Assembly (NCBI GenBank): GCA_964016885.1
Contig: OZ024740.1
Span: forward strand, 26,970,001 to 27,034,000
DNA length: 64,000 bases
Direction of reading: 5' to 3'
Origin: Eledone cirrhosa
Lineage: Eukaryota
Positions 40,950 to 55,032 of this stretch are shown here, piece by piece; position 1 is the first letter of the stretch, and each line of letters begins with the position of its first letter. Below the pieces are notes generated by a model, which saw only the letters and a list, made by a program, of their open reading frames with translations, was not told the DNA's origin and ran no database searches. A program made the translations under genes and the position numbers.

Positions 40950-42330
40950 AAATTTCTGGTTGGTTGGTTGGTTCCACAACCAGATAGTTGTTTATATATT
41001 GTCATAGTTCTTTCGTCACACACTCTGTGATCTCTTCAGTGACTGGGGATTCCTTTCTTTGTTTCTGTGCCTCTCCTTTGTTCTGTCCTACGCCATTTTG
41101 TTTCTGTGTGTGTGTTGTGTGCTCAGTCTGCGAATGCGCAACATCTGGGTGTCTGTGTGTGTTTATGTTCATTTATTTATTTGTTTATTTACATGTTACT
41201 GGTTGGTTGTTTGTTCTATGTGTGTGTGTGTTTTCATTTTGTCCTTAATTGTAAGTTGTGATGTTGCTGTTCCACTCATATTTTCTATTTAATTTTGGTT
41301 GTAATTCTTTTATGTTTATTGCCTCTGTAATTTGTCTAAACATTGCGTCTTTTCTGTGTGTAGATTCTATTTTATTTCTATGTTCTCTAATTTACCCTTG
41401 TGTTCTATTTTAGCACATTGGTAGAGTACAGATGATTCTTTATTATCTTGAAGGTCTCGCCAGTGTTCATTTATCCGTTCCCCTACACTACGAGCTGTCT
41501 CACCTGTGTACACTATATTTTTGTCTCTACATTGTCCTTCAGTACATCTTATGCTATACACTACATTTCTAGTTTTACAGTTAATATGGGGGCATATATT
41601 ACAGGTTATACATTTCTTATCTATACATGAGGGTCTTTGAAAAGGGTATGTCTTGCTAATAAGTGTTTTTACGGAGGTACCTGGTCTTTATACTATCTTA
41701 ATATTGAGTTTATGTTTATTTAGGGCCCTTCTAAATTTGTAAGCTAATTCACCTCTCGGGGTTGTATCGATGAACATTACACTCTGGTATTTATTGCTAT
41801 CATACCATGAGTTTATTCTATTAGCCTTGTTCCTAGTTCTTTCTATTCTATTCCAAAATTTGCTCCTATACAAGGGGCAGGTCCCATTTATGTCATTATT
41901 TACCATTTTTTCCCATTTGGTTCTGGCTCCTCTATACACTCTGATTTTATCTCTCTGATAGTAGCCAGAGAACTGCATACGGTGGATGAAATGTTGTATG
42001 TGTCTCTCTAGTTATTCGGGGTTGCACATGCGGGACACATTTCTCATCACCCGTACCAAATCCACAATCAGTATGTTGATTTTGGTATGGTCCGAAATGG
42101 CCGAGTTTCGGTGGATCAGATGTTTGGTAGTCATGGGTTTGGCATAATGGGAATGGAGGATTTGTTTTTTGTTGTTAATGGTATCTAACCAGAGCTCTGT
42201 GTCTAGTACAGGTAATCGATGGTTGGGGTGTCTATTTGGGTAGTCTATAGTAACTCTAATGCTCTGGTGGATGGAGTTTGCTATTTGCTGGATGCTTTCC
42301 ATTGTGTTTTTCTCTAGTTCCTGACTGTTA
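40950..42330 (-). mobile_element. Penelope-like element of a second lineage (RT thumb + GIY-YIG + pLTR)
   Basis: LPVLDTELW..HYAKPM (42012-42330), LYRSKFW (41688-41978), VYSIRC..YTGETARSVGERINEH (41367-41561); few stops. Confidence 0.9.
41001..41043 (-). ncRNA. Minimal type I hammerhead ribozyme
   Basis: GTCA-CTGAAGA-GATCACA GAGTG TGTGAC-GAAA-GAAC-TA-TGAC. Confidence 0.85.
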
Positions 42331-42475
42331 ATATATAATAAACATATAATAAATTGAAGTGAACGCAACTGGTGCGTGTGTTTCTTATTGGCAACATGAC
42401 CCTCCCAAAGTATAACAATTTCGGTTTCAACACACGATTTCAGATAAAGAATCTTGCTAAACAAATTCAGAAACG

Positions 42476-42551
<76 letters not shown>

Positions 42552-42883
42552 GTGTGTATATATTTATATATGTGTGTGTAGGTTTGTATATATATATATA
42601 TATATTGTTTTTATCTTTTTTACTGCGTTTTATTATGCATAGGTGCAAGGGTGATTCATTACAGAATCACTAGGACGTCGGACAAACTGAGTTCAAATCC
42701 CACAAGGATAACTTTAATTTTTAATCTTTAAATGTTCGATAACACACACAGTCCTAAAGTGTATGTCACACTCAAAGGCAAAACCTTACTATTACTGGTA
42801 TATACATCTCTCTCTATATATATGGACGTATATATATATATATACATAGAATCATTAACACATTTGTCTGATAAAATGACACG

Positions 42884-43135
42884 TCAGTCAATCATATTGG
42901 TGGCCTCCCCACAGCCCTGGCGGACAGAATGGAGAAGGCGTTCCCCCGGGGACGGCAAAGGAGACGCGCTGGAAAAGACATTCCAGCTCGCGAGGCTCAC
43001 ACCTGCGGCTGGCCAGCTTAGCGCCTATGGTGGTGAGTAGGGAGGTAGCCATAGGGCCGAGGACACGAAAAGTCTCCACTGCCAAGGGTAAAACCGCAAA
43101 CCTGTCGGAGAGCGACCGGTATTTGAAGAGTAAAA
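42884..43135 (-). mobile_element. CRE-like LINE 3' fragment
   Basis: KYRSLSDRFAVLPLAVETFRVLGP..EPRELECLFQRVSFAV; ends ATGATTGACTGAC as at ~20968. Confidence 0.8.
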
Positions 43136-43784
43136 TAGAATAGCATGCAGACACAGATGATCGATATAACAAACAATACAAATCTGCTAAAATCTGAAGC
43201 CTTGTGTTTATGTTAGAAATAATTCTAAATAGCGACATTTATTGTCGAAATATTAAGAAGCTTGGTTTACTATTATGCGGTCTCATATTGAATTGCACAG
43301 CATAGATAGTCGGAGAAAGTGTTCTACTCTCGCCACTCTTGAACCAACAGCTATAAATATAATTCAATTTACGGAACCAGTAATTTAAACGGTCGTCCTT
43401 GTACACACTGTGTCAGAATGATTGTAACCGAGGTTTACATAAATAGCTCTGATTTTGTGGAATACTCAGCCAAATACACAATGTACGTGTCATTCAAAGA
43501 AACACCTTTTTCACAAACTACATCATGTATGTTTGGCTAGCTTAAGGAAAGAAGTGACAATAAGATACTCAGTTAAATAATAATTCAATGATTATGTAGT
43601 TATATAGACAGCAAGACAGAGAGAAAACAATAACACGTTTCGGATAACCACTCTCCATCGAAAAGGAAATAAAAGAGAAGTGAACAAATAAAAACATGTA
43701 TAAAGAGAGATCTTAACTGTAAAACAGAAAGAAAATGAAAGAGGGAGATGCTTAAGCGAAGTGTTATATATATATATATATATA

Positions 43785-44172
43785 TATTAATAAAAGGAAT
43801 TCCAACTTTGTCTGATTTACTCGTTTTATTTACAATCCTTTAAACTTTATAATGGTATTAGAATGAAATAGTATGATAGAATATTAAATGTTAAGTGTTA
43901 ATTGAACAAGTACTTTCATGCTTTCGCAATCTTCAGGTTCATAATGTGTGGTGACAGTCAAGTTTGCAATTTTCAACTGTTGAACATTGCAAACTTCACT
44001 GTCAGCACACATTATGAACCTGAAGATTGCGAAAGCATGAAAGTACTTGTTCAATTAACACTTAACATTTAACATTCTACCATACTATTTCATTCTAATA
44101 GCATTATACATTTTAAAGGATTGTAAATAAAATGTGTAAATCAGACAAATTTGGAATTCCTTTTATTAATAT
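43785..44172. repeat. Long imperfect palindrome carrying a hammerhead in each arm; related fragment at ~9907-9990
   Basis: Centre at 43978; arms differ at scattered positions. Confidence 0.9.
44015..44053 (+). ncRNA. Minimal type I hammerhead ribozyme (mirror copy 43903-43941, minus strand)
   Basis: TGAAC-CTGAAGA-T-TGC GAAA GCA-T-GAAA-GTAC-TT-GTTCA. Confidence 0.85.
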
Positions 44173-44231
44173 AATCTTCTATACACAATCATACACATCC
44201 GTGTATATTTATCTATCTCTCTCTCTCTCTC

Positions 44232-44338
<107 letters not shown>

Positions 44339-44440
44339 GTATCCCTCCTCCCTTTCGTTATACATATATAAAGAGAGAGATGGAGAGAGAGAAAGACAGT
44401 TAGATATATAAATGGATGGATATATAAATAGATAGATATG

Positions 44441-45404
44441 TTTCTCTATTTGCCACAAGGGTGTACAAGAAATGAGACATTACCAGACGTGATTGGCATT
44501 ACATGAAATCGTATAAAGTTTAACATTAATAATTAACAATTAACTATATATTAAAAAATAACAATCGAAATCTCCAATAGCGAGGAACGTTACTGCAGGG
44601 TTCTTTTACACCCCGTAGATAGAACAACCCCCAACACGAGGAGCACGTTTCGTTGGTGTTCCCGTCTTCCCTCTTTGTGTCTTCCTCAACCTACAGCTTT
44701 ATATACAGAGAAGGCCGATTCACTTGGGCCATTTTCGCCACATTCCACCACCTTTCAGCGAATTTACTTGGGTGCTGCACCGCTCTCTCCAGTCTCACCT
44801 TCTTTCTGGAGTTGTATTTAAAGAATGGGATGAGTTGTTTTCCGGAGAGAAAGGTGTTTGCCCTCAGTCCTTTTAACCTCGTCCACCATATTACCTCTTT
44901 CGCCATAGCCACCAGACAGGGAAACCGCCTCTCCTTCATTCTTAAATGAAGCCGGCAGAGTGATCCTCACGATGGACTCGGCTGACAACTGGATGCATCC
45001 TACACGTGACAGTAGCTGTTCGATATAATTCCACAGGTCGGTCACCCGTGGGCACTGAAAAATTGCGTGAAGAACGGTTTCAATATCCTGCTCGCACCTT
45101 GGACATGTCCATTTCGCAGGATCTCTGCCAGGGCATCCGTGCTTGTAGATTTTGTCTCGAACTAGTAGAGCTCTTCGGTAGCACTGCCAGGCCAGAGACC
45201 GCTGGAATTTATCCAAAGGCCCTGGAAGGAAAGTCCTCCCGAACAGACTGGTCATTTCGTCCTCCTCGATGCCTAGAGTTTCCCCAAGAACTTCATTGCA
45301 TTTATTCTCCACTAATCCCCTATAGAATGTCGACGTCGAGTCTCCGCTGATTCCTGTTTCTGCTTGGTAGAGGGCTGTGAGCGGCTGAAGGCACTTGAGA
45401 TGGC
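44441..45404 (-). mobile_element. 5'-truncated Tx1 LINE copy
   Basis: ORFs 44691-44939 and 44818-45400 (CPRCEQDIETVLHAIFQC); GATA repeats on both sides. Confidence 0.9.
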
Positions 45405-45488
<84 letters not shown>

Positions 45489-45489
45489 T

Positions 45490-45524
<35 letters not shown>

Positions 45525-45542
45525 GTATATATATATATATAT

Positions 45543-46134
45543 CGGTGCTACTGGTAACATGTATCCCAGTACAACCTGTCTCATGGTCGGGTCGTTGGCG
45601 ACTAAACTGGCAACCCCACCAAGGTTTCTTGGTGAGGAGGGTGACTTTGGACATCCTGCAGGACTAAAAACAAAACCTGTCAAAGGGCAAAGGAGCTCTT
45701 AAGAGTCAATGGCCATCCAAAATCACCGGGAGAGATGACCCCTTAGCCTTTGTCAAGGCAGAATTCTAGGAGAAGGAAAACTCTGATATAACACCTGCAA
45801 CCCTGATGGTATCCAATGATGTTGACTTGTTCTTCTTTTTGGTAAATATCATCTTGGTTAAGAGAGTGGGACTGGCTTTGTGCAGTGCCTTTGCTCACTA
45901 TAAAAGCTTCACGGCACAGGCATTGCTTTATATCTGGAGATCTCTCTGCACTTGTCCTCACATGGTACCATGGGCCCAGCGCTATGTGTCAATAATTGTC
46001 ACAAGTGTAGTGTTTGTACCAGAGGTTTCAAGTCGCTGGCTGGACAAAAAAGTCACACTCGTTCAGCGCTTCGGTAGGGGTTCTCCCACATGGATATAAA
46101 GTAGTGGCCGTACTCGAAAACGAGTTGGCAGCCA

Positions 46135-46136
<2 letters not shown>
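45543..46136 (+). mobile_element. Internally deleted non-autonomous RTE-type element in (AT)n
   Basis: RTE 5' UTR-like CTAGGAGAAGGAAAACTCTGAT; terminal zinc-finger remnant HKCSVCTRGFKSLAGQKSHTR; 3' hairpin ACTCG-AAAA-CGAGT. Confidence 0.6.
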
Positions 46137-46187
<51 letters not shown>

Positions 46188-46406
46188 AAGAGTGAGTGAG
46201 AGAGAGAGAGAGATAATGAGTTAGGTTGGTAGGTAGATAGGTAGATGAGAATAATTACATGGCTTCAGATGTAGACATAAATTTCAGTTGAAACATTCGT
46301 GAGATCCCAAACATTTGTTCTTCTATGACAGCGGACACTCGCAGAGAATTTGTTGTTCCGTATAATATAAACAGTATGCATGTCAGTATATATATGAACG
46401 AAATAT

Positions 46407-46456
<50 letters not shown>

Positions 46457-47028
46457 TGTATGTGAATGTGTGTCTTCGTATGTGTGTGTATGTTCGCGTG
46501 TGTGTATATATATGAATGTATATTTCTGTGAATATATTCTTGTATGTATATATAACAGTTCCTTATGCAAGAAAACAAAGAATAACCTTCTGCCATCAAT
46601 ATATCACGTAACCAACGACCTTCCATTCCGCCACCTACCGTCAGTCTCATCAAACATATTCATCCCCCACCACCACAATTGCAATCGCATGAACTTTAGA
46701 ACATTGTAACACTTAAGTTGGCAAGTCTTTACAGCGAAGCCATTTAGCCAAGAGGATCACGTGTGCAGCATGGCGTCACATTAAATAAAGAGAACATTTA
46801 TGTAAAAGCCCAGAAAAACCATAATATATATATATATATATATATGAGACAAACAAACAAATAAAGCCACAGAACAAATATAACATATAACCTTCAAAAA
46901 CACAAGAAAAGTACAAGACCAACATCACACATAATAACGACAATAATACACAAGTACACACAAAAACACACAGACTTACACACACGCGCACACATCAATA
47001 TCTACACACACACACATATATATATATA

Positions 47029-47135
<107 letters not shown>

Positions 47136-47322
47136 GTGTGTGTTATATGTGTGCGTGAATACACATTTAGTTGAAGATGTAAAGAAGCTGATTACAGAAT
47201 GACAGATGCTTCCATCTTAAATCCTTTTGAACGAGGCTAGGGGATTTCAAAGCCAAATGACTGTCGAATCTATCTCTGCCGTCTAAGATGAGATGCTTTG
47301 ACACACAGTTGAGATAAATACA

Positions 47323-47415
<93 letters not shown>

Positions 47416-47457
47416 GGGGGGGGGGTTTATATAAAGACGATGGCAGTGTCAGACACT

Positions 47458-47526
<69 letters not shown>

Positions 47527-47677
47527 GTATATATATATTGGAGGATGTAAACATGGCTATGGAGAGAAACACATATACACACATGTGTGTATATGATTAC
47601 ATCTATCTGTATATGGCTCTATACATACATACAGACGCACACACACATAAAAATACATATGTTATACATATACATAC

Positions 47678-47783
<106 letters not shown>

Positions 47784-47948
47784 AACACTTGAAGACCTAT
47801 GTATCTTTTTCTTACTATGATATTTTGTAATAAGCTTTACATAGATCAATAATTGAATGAACATACAGCGAACTACCCCCAGAAACGATCGTGAAATAAT
47901 GATTTTTACTATTAATTAATAGTCTTGTGTTTAATTTCATTGTTTTAA

Positions 47949-48000
<52 letters not shown>

Positions 48001-48001
<1 letters not shown>

Positions 48002-48903
48002 TAGCATTAAAGCCCGGCGTTGTTCGGGGTCATTAAGTTACCAAAGTTAGGTTGCACCACCCATTTTATGGCACCACTTTTTTGTCTGACAGGCACTGGG
48101 TGAATGAAATGCAGACCTGGAAGCATGAGCTGCGCCAGCAGTGACAATTGTAGTTTCGCCTATCGATGTGCAAAAAAGTGTTGAAATTTATTGTTTCACA
48201 GTACTTGCGCAACACGCGCGTAGACGATGGCAGCCGAACAACAGAGCTGCGATGGAGTTGTTCTGCATGGTTGTCTGTGTGTTTTCTAAATTTAAGACAG
48301 TAGGGAGTGGTGTGATATGGGGGAGAGTTAGCTGCTGTTTCTAGCAGGTTTAGTGACCTCATAGAAGATATGTTTTCTAAATTTAAGACAGTAGGGAGGG
48401 GTGTGATATGGAGGAGAGTTAGCTGCTGTTTCTAGCAGGTTTAGTAACCTCATAGAGGATATGTGTTTTCTAAATTTAAGACAGTAGGGAGTGGTGTGAA
48501 CGGACAGTATCACCATCAAGCTTGGAAAGAGAAAGTAGCAGAAGTATGAAGTTGTATAGATTTTGAATGGTAGTAGAAAGAGTTCACCAGTTTAAATGAC
48601 AGAGAAAAATCGGACAGTATCACCATCAAGCTTGGAAAGAGAAAGTAGCAGAAAGTATGAAGTTGTATAGATTTTGAATGGTAGTGGAAAGAGTTCAGCA
48701 GTTTAAATGACAGAGAAAAATCGTAAAATATTGAGTTTTACTTATTTTTTGCGTAATTGTGGGTGAAAGTGAAAAAAATTATCTGCGTCAAGACGCAATC
48801 GAATCTATTTCGAATTCTGAATTGTAAATTTCAATTGAAGAAATTCTATATCGTAGATTTCTATAACGAAGGAGCTTGACCACACACTGAGCTTTATAGA
48901 TTA

Positions 48904-48906
<3 letters not shown>
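48001..48906 (-). mobile_element. Non-autonomous Helitron
   Basis: 5' A|TC at 48906, subterminal hairpin CCCGAACAACGCCGGG, 3' CTAG|T at 48001; inserted in (AT)n; internal ~94-bp and ~111-bp tandem repeats. Confidence 0.8.
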
Positions 48907-48964
<58 letters not shown>

Positions 48965-49153
48965 AGTTTGTATGTATGTATATACGACTCTGCTTAGGAA
49001 GTGGTCTTTCTATTTATTATTACTATATATGTATACACATACATACACACATGTATGTCTATATGTATATAGATAGATATATGTGTATATATGTGTGTAT
49101 ATATATATATATACATACATGTCTATATGTATATAGATAGATATGTCTGTATG

Positions 49154-49190
<37 letters not shown>

Positions 49191-49195
49191 ATATA

Positions 49196-49267
<72 letters not shown>

Positions 49268-50258
49268 CATGTCTATATGTATATAGATAGATATGTGTGT
49301 ATGTGCGTTGGTTAAACACAAATATATGAACTTGAAGAGGAAAACTAACTATATAGGAATATACTGTCACATCTACTGCTTCAATGGAACTTCTTCTTGC
49401 ATGTGTTGGGGAGACAGATTTACACTTAATAAACAAGCAATATATTAGGGTCCCAAAATTCACCCGAGTATCCAAGTAATAAACAGACGTATAGCACTTC
49501 AACTTTCGTGAGAGCATCTGGTACTTCAAGCTCTATATGATTTAGGCCTTTACCAGGAATTACTTACACGATGGTATATCTACCTCCCTGGATGTTAGCC
49601 TATAATTTTGTCCCCAGTATTTCAGTTTTCTATATTCTTTATCTTGTACCTAACTTACGTTTTTGGAGCACCGCTGATGCAATAAATTAAGGCACCCAAC
49701 GTTGCGTAAATCATCCATCGTATCTGTGATATCCCGGAGTTAAATATTTATTTAAAAACAACAGAAGCCCGGACTGGATATATTCTGTAAATTTTAAATT
49801 TTGCGAAAACATTTTCCATATTTCAATTGCCAAGTTTCATCATCCGATCATGATGCAAGACTCAGACGATTTCATCAGGCGTTGATTGCAAAATTAGTTA
49901 TATAATATTACAGGATTACAGCGAACACAAATGAAAAATAGAGGATAGATTTGGTTCGCGGATGGCTCACCAAATATGTTTTATTGTAACGGCAAACCAT
50001 CCCCATTGAAAACTTTATATATATAAACATAGATTAACCAAAGTCACCATCAGTAGTATACAAGCAAAAGTAGCTAATTCAAGAGAGTTTACCTTGCGTC
50101 TATTCCCTAACGGCAGCTTCTGAAATTAAGAAACAATAATAATTATCTTAAATTAATAAAATCACCATCGGTAGGAAATCCTTCGTCAGAGGGAATCTCT
50201 GGATATAGAACATTAAAATCCACCTGTTAGTAAACGGATTTTATCCTTATGGAACATT

Positions 50259-50302
<44 letters not shown>

Positions 50303-50837
50303 AATATAGTCTATATGCTTAAGTGATTAGTGAGATACTGAGAGGGATACAATCATATGCACTCGATGCACATGCACATGCAGAATGTATATAATAAGGA
50401 AAACGATGAACGTTTGTTTATATATATATGTTTTTTTTTATTGTGTATTGACCTGCCACGCGCGTTACGCTGATGATTAGCTCAAGGTCACCCATGGAAG
50501 TCCTGGACCCTGGTCAAGTATCGATCTGTTCGTCATAATGTTGATTAAAAAAAAAAGTAAAGGGTGTGTGTGTGTGAGTGTGTACTCATAACTAGGTTGT
50601 TATGCGCCTGTATAATATGTATTATAATATGCTTTTGTTATTTGTATTTTTACAGAGTCCGCTGCTAACTTCAATTGTTTGAACAATTCCTGCCGAATTG
50701 CCACCTTCTTGATATTTTCTATATGGCCTGACCCCTATGCTCTAGTTGACCGTGGTAAATATATCTAGTATTATTTGTTAAAATTGACTGGTGGTAAAAA
50801 AAAAAGTACTTACGCATATACTCACATATATATGTGA

Positions 50838-50876
<39 letters not shown>

Positions 50877-52357
50877 GATGCTAGAATCGGTAGAACAACG
50901 GTAAACAATTCTCCAGTGAAATGGGCCGATATAATAATCGTTTTGTGCCCCTCAAACTACTGGTATTTTGCCTAAATTAGATACAAACAATTTTTTGTAG
51001 TGTACGAGAATATTGAATGTAATCTACATAGTCATCTGCAAGAGAAAAATATAGTAACGGCATATATTGAAATATCTAAAATGAAACTATATAGTTTATC
51101 GTGTCATGTATTTAGATTTTAGGTTTATAAGACAAGAGGGTCTTCTTTGGCGGCAATTGTTTTTCGATTAAGTAATAAGTAGCAGAGAGCTTGAATGCTG
51201 AGAATGAATTAGCAATGCTTTGTGTAAAAGTACCTTCATATTCGTGTATTGAATGCATTCGCAATATTTTTTACACAGACGTGTTCGACTGTATAACACA
51301 GCACGAAGAGAACATAGATCAACCAGCGATGCCAATTGCATAAAATACTATTGTTGATTTAATACAATAAATAACATACATTCTTTTTAATTCCGGGGAA
51401 GAATCAATGATCAGTGAGTAAGGGAGATAATTCAAGTCATCTACCAATCTCATGAACTCACCAGCGAAACATAGTTTTCCGATGATTAAGTCGTTGTATA
51501 AATAAGAATGTACATTGATTGACGTTTGTTTGGTTTCAATAGTTTTCCTATATCTACATTATACAATTGAATTAGCTACTGAAAACCTTTCTCAGTACAA
51601 AACATAATTATGAAGATAATGATCGAGATATACCAACCGTTTCTTGAAGTGAAATCTCTAGGGATCAAGCTCCACCACTGCAGGAGATTCGTACGTTATT
51701 TGAAGAGAAAACTCAATTGAAGTATACATTTGCATACCAGTTAGCCTCTGGGTCGGTAATATGCACCAAATCACCAGGAGCTGGTAACTTAATAGAGAAA
51801 GATTTGCAACCAGTGAAAATCTACGATGAAAGAATAGCCTTGAACAATAGCTTTCGACACTGGCTATTAATACCGGGCATCAAATCAAGGTCTTAACATG
51901 AGCTGTTAGTATTGTTATTAAGAACAACATTTAATACTTCGTATTGGCGTTTCAGAATGAATATCATAATTTCTTCTCCAAATGATTTTTAAGACTGGTC
52001 CTTAAAACAGGCTTTTCCATATCACAAGGTATAGCACAGATTCTTAAGACAAATTCAGAAAACCAGCTCATAACACTTGTCCTAAATGCTGGTCGTTAAC
52101 ATCTATCCCTAAAACCGAATGTCAGCACGGGTCTATAACAGCGAATATTGATTCTTACCTTTAATACTGATCTTAAAACAAGTCCTTAGCATTGCAACTT
52201 GATGATCTAGCATACACATGGTTCTAGAAACGACTCTTACACACACACATACACACACACATATGTATGCGTGAGTGTGTGCAAGTATGTATTTATATAT
52301 ATGTACCTCTATATATGTATATATATATATATATATATATTTATTTTTATATATATA

Positions 52358-52398
<41 letters not shown>

Positions 52399-52404
52399 TA
52401 TACG

Positions 52405-52459
<55 letters not shown>

Positions 52460-52460
52460 G

Positions 52461-52509
<49 letters not shown>

Positions 52510-52574
52510 CAAGAGTAAAAACGACTAACACAGTGATGCAAAAACACACATGTATCTATGCATATATGTATGAT

Positions 52575-52741
<167 letters not shown>

Positions 52742-52744
52742 TAG

Positions 52745-54148
52745 AGAGCAAAGTTAGGATTGGCAATGAGTATAGCGAGGAATTTAGCGTACAGGTTGGG
52801 GTCCACCAGGGCTCTGTTCTTAGCCCTCTCCTGTTCATCATAGTCCTGCAGGCAATAACGGAGGAGTTTAAGACCGGATGCCCATGGGAACTCCTGTATG
52901 CTGATGACCTCGCACTCATAGCTGAATCTATGGTAGAACTAGAGAATAAATTCCAAACCTGGAAGCAGGGACTAGAGAGAAAGGGCCTCAAAGTCAACAT
53001 GACAAAGACTAAGGTCCTTATAAGTAGACGAGAAAACAGAACCCAGATCCCCTCAGGGAAATGGCCTTGCTCAGTATGTAGGAAAGGTGTAGGTAGGAAC
53101 TCCATTCTCTGCCCCAAATGCAAACAATGGGTACACAAGAGATGTAGCGGGATCTCAGGAAGCTTAATTAAGAATGTAGGATTCACATGCAGCAGCTGTG
53201 CTGAAACAGCAAGCAAACAGCCACAGGAAACAAGTACCACCAATCTCAGGGAGGGCCCTGTAGAAACAGTAGACAGCTTCTGCTACCTAGGTGACCGAAT
53301 TAGCAACGGAGGTGGGTGCTCAGAAAGTACAATAACTAGGGTAAGAACGGGATGGAAGAAGTTTAGGGAACTACTACCACTGCTAGCTGCAAAAGGCTTC
53401 TCCCTCAGAATGAAAGGCAGACTGTATGATGCGTGTATCCGAACAGCGATCTTGCATGGTAGTGAGACCTGGGCGCTGAAGGTGGAAGACTTACGTAGAT
53501 TAGAGAGAAACGAAGCCTGCATGCTCCGATGGATGTGTAACAGTAATATACGTGAACGACAAAGCATAAAGGAATTGAGAGAGAGACTGAGCATAAGAGG
53601 AATCAAATGCTGCGTGCAGGAGAGGCGGTTACGCTGGTATGGACATGTGATGCGTATGAAGGATGACAGCTGCATAAAAAGGTGCAGAGCACTAGAAGTT
53701 GATGGAAACCGCGGAGTGGGGAGACCCAAGATGACTTGGGATGAGGTGATAAAAGCCGACCTTACCCAACTACACCTCTCAAAGTCAATGACACACGACC
53801 GTGACTTCTGGCGTCACGCAGTAATACAGGGTACCCGACCTCCCATGGGTACATGCTGAAGCATATAAACAATATGCCCCCACACCCCCCCACCGCAAGG
53901 TGGTCGTGGAGGTGCCACGGCAAAAAAGCACCCAGCCCACACTGTAAAGTGGACGTGTAGGCGCCACGAAAAAGCACCCAGCACTCACTGTAAATGAGGT
54001 TGGTGTTAGGAAGGGCATCCAGCTGTAGAAATCAAGCCAGATCAGTTCCTGTATGAGCAAGGCATGGTCAGCCGACCAGACACTGCCCACAACAGGACAA
54101 CCCGTCTAACCCATGCTAGCGTGGAAGAACGGACGTAAAACGGTGATG

Positions 54149-54153
<5 letters not shown>
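52745..54153 (+). mobile_element. 5'-truncated RTE-clade LINE with uninterrupted RT C-terminal ORF (to 53859)
   Basis: GVHQGSVLSPLLF, LYADDLAL, GLKVNMTKTK, FCYLG, LHGSETW, RRLRWYGHVMR, GRPKMTW; (GAT)n tail; (GA)n on both sides. Confidence 0.95.
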
Positions 54154-54186
<33 letters not shown>

Positions 54187-54816
54187 CAGAGAAGAGATGG
54201 TGACATCTTGACGCATACTTTCATACGAACACTTACACAATCAGACACATCCAAACACTCACACAGACACATCTGTGTCTGCGTGTGTGTGCAAGATTAA
54301 ACCTTCTTCATTTATTTATTTATTTCAATATTTGCGTGAATTCGCTTGCGTGCGCACACGCAGGCGACATGCGTGTGCGCGTGCGTGCTAGGGTGATGTA
54401 TAATAAGAGGTTGGTAATATCAGCAGTGTAGCTCCCAACAACAGTGATTGCTCTAGCCACCTCCCTTCCATGCCAAGGCGTTTCCCCTGTGCTGGGGTCA
54501 ATAGCCACACGCCCTAAGCCCTTCCCTCTAACCAGCCTGGCGACCGACAAGAATCTCCGCGGAACATTCCAGGCGATCCCATCTTCTTAGTCACCTGATA
54601 GAACACACTGAGAACAAACACAGTGGGGTGTGGTATGTCTACATACAGGAATATATACATACATGCCTACATACGTACGTACGTACAGACATACATGTGA
54701 ATGCATGTAGATATATATATATATATATGTGTGTGTGTGTATGTATATACACGTATGTATGCTTATGCGTGCATATATATTTTTTATATATGGATAGACA
54801 TATGTATATGAATACA

Positions 54817-54887
<71 letters not shown>

Positions 54888-54960
54888 ATATATATAAATA
54901 TATGTATATGTATGTGTGTGTATATATATATATATATATAAATATATGTAAATGTATGTG

Positions 54961-55032
<72 letters not shown>

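Noticed and set aside
54420-54590. GC-rich island with an HRGNALA-like peptide on the minus strand (possible CRE remnant)
   Set aside because: Similarity is limited to a few residues across stops; cannot be supported without a search.
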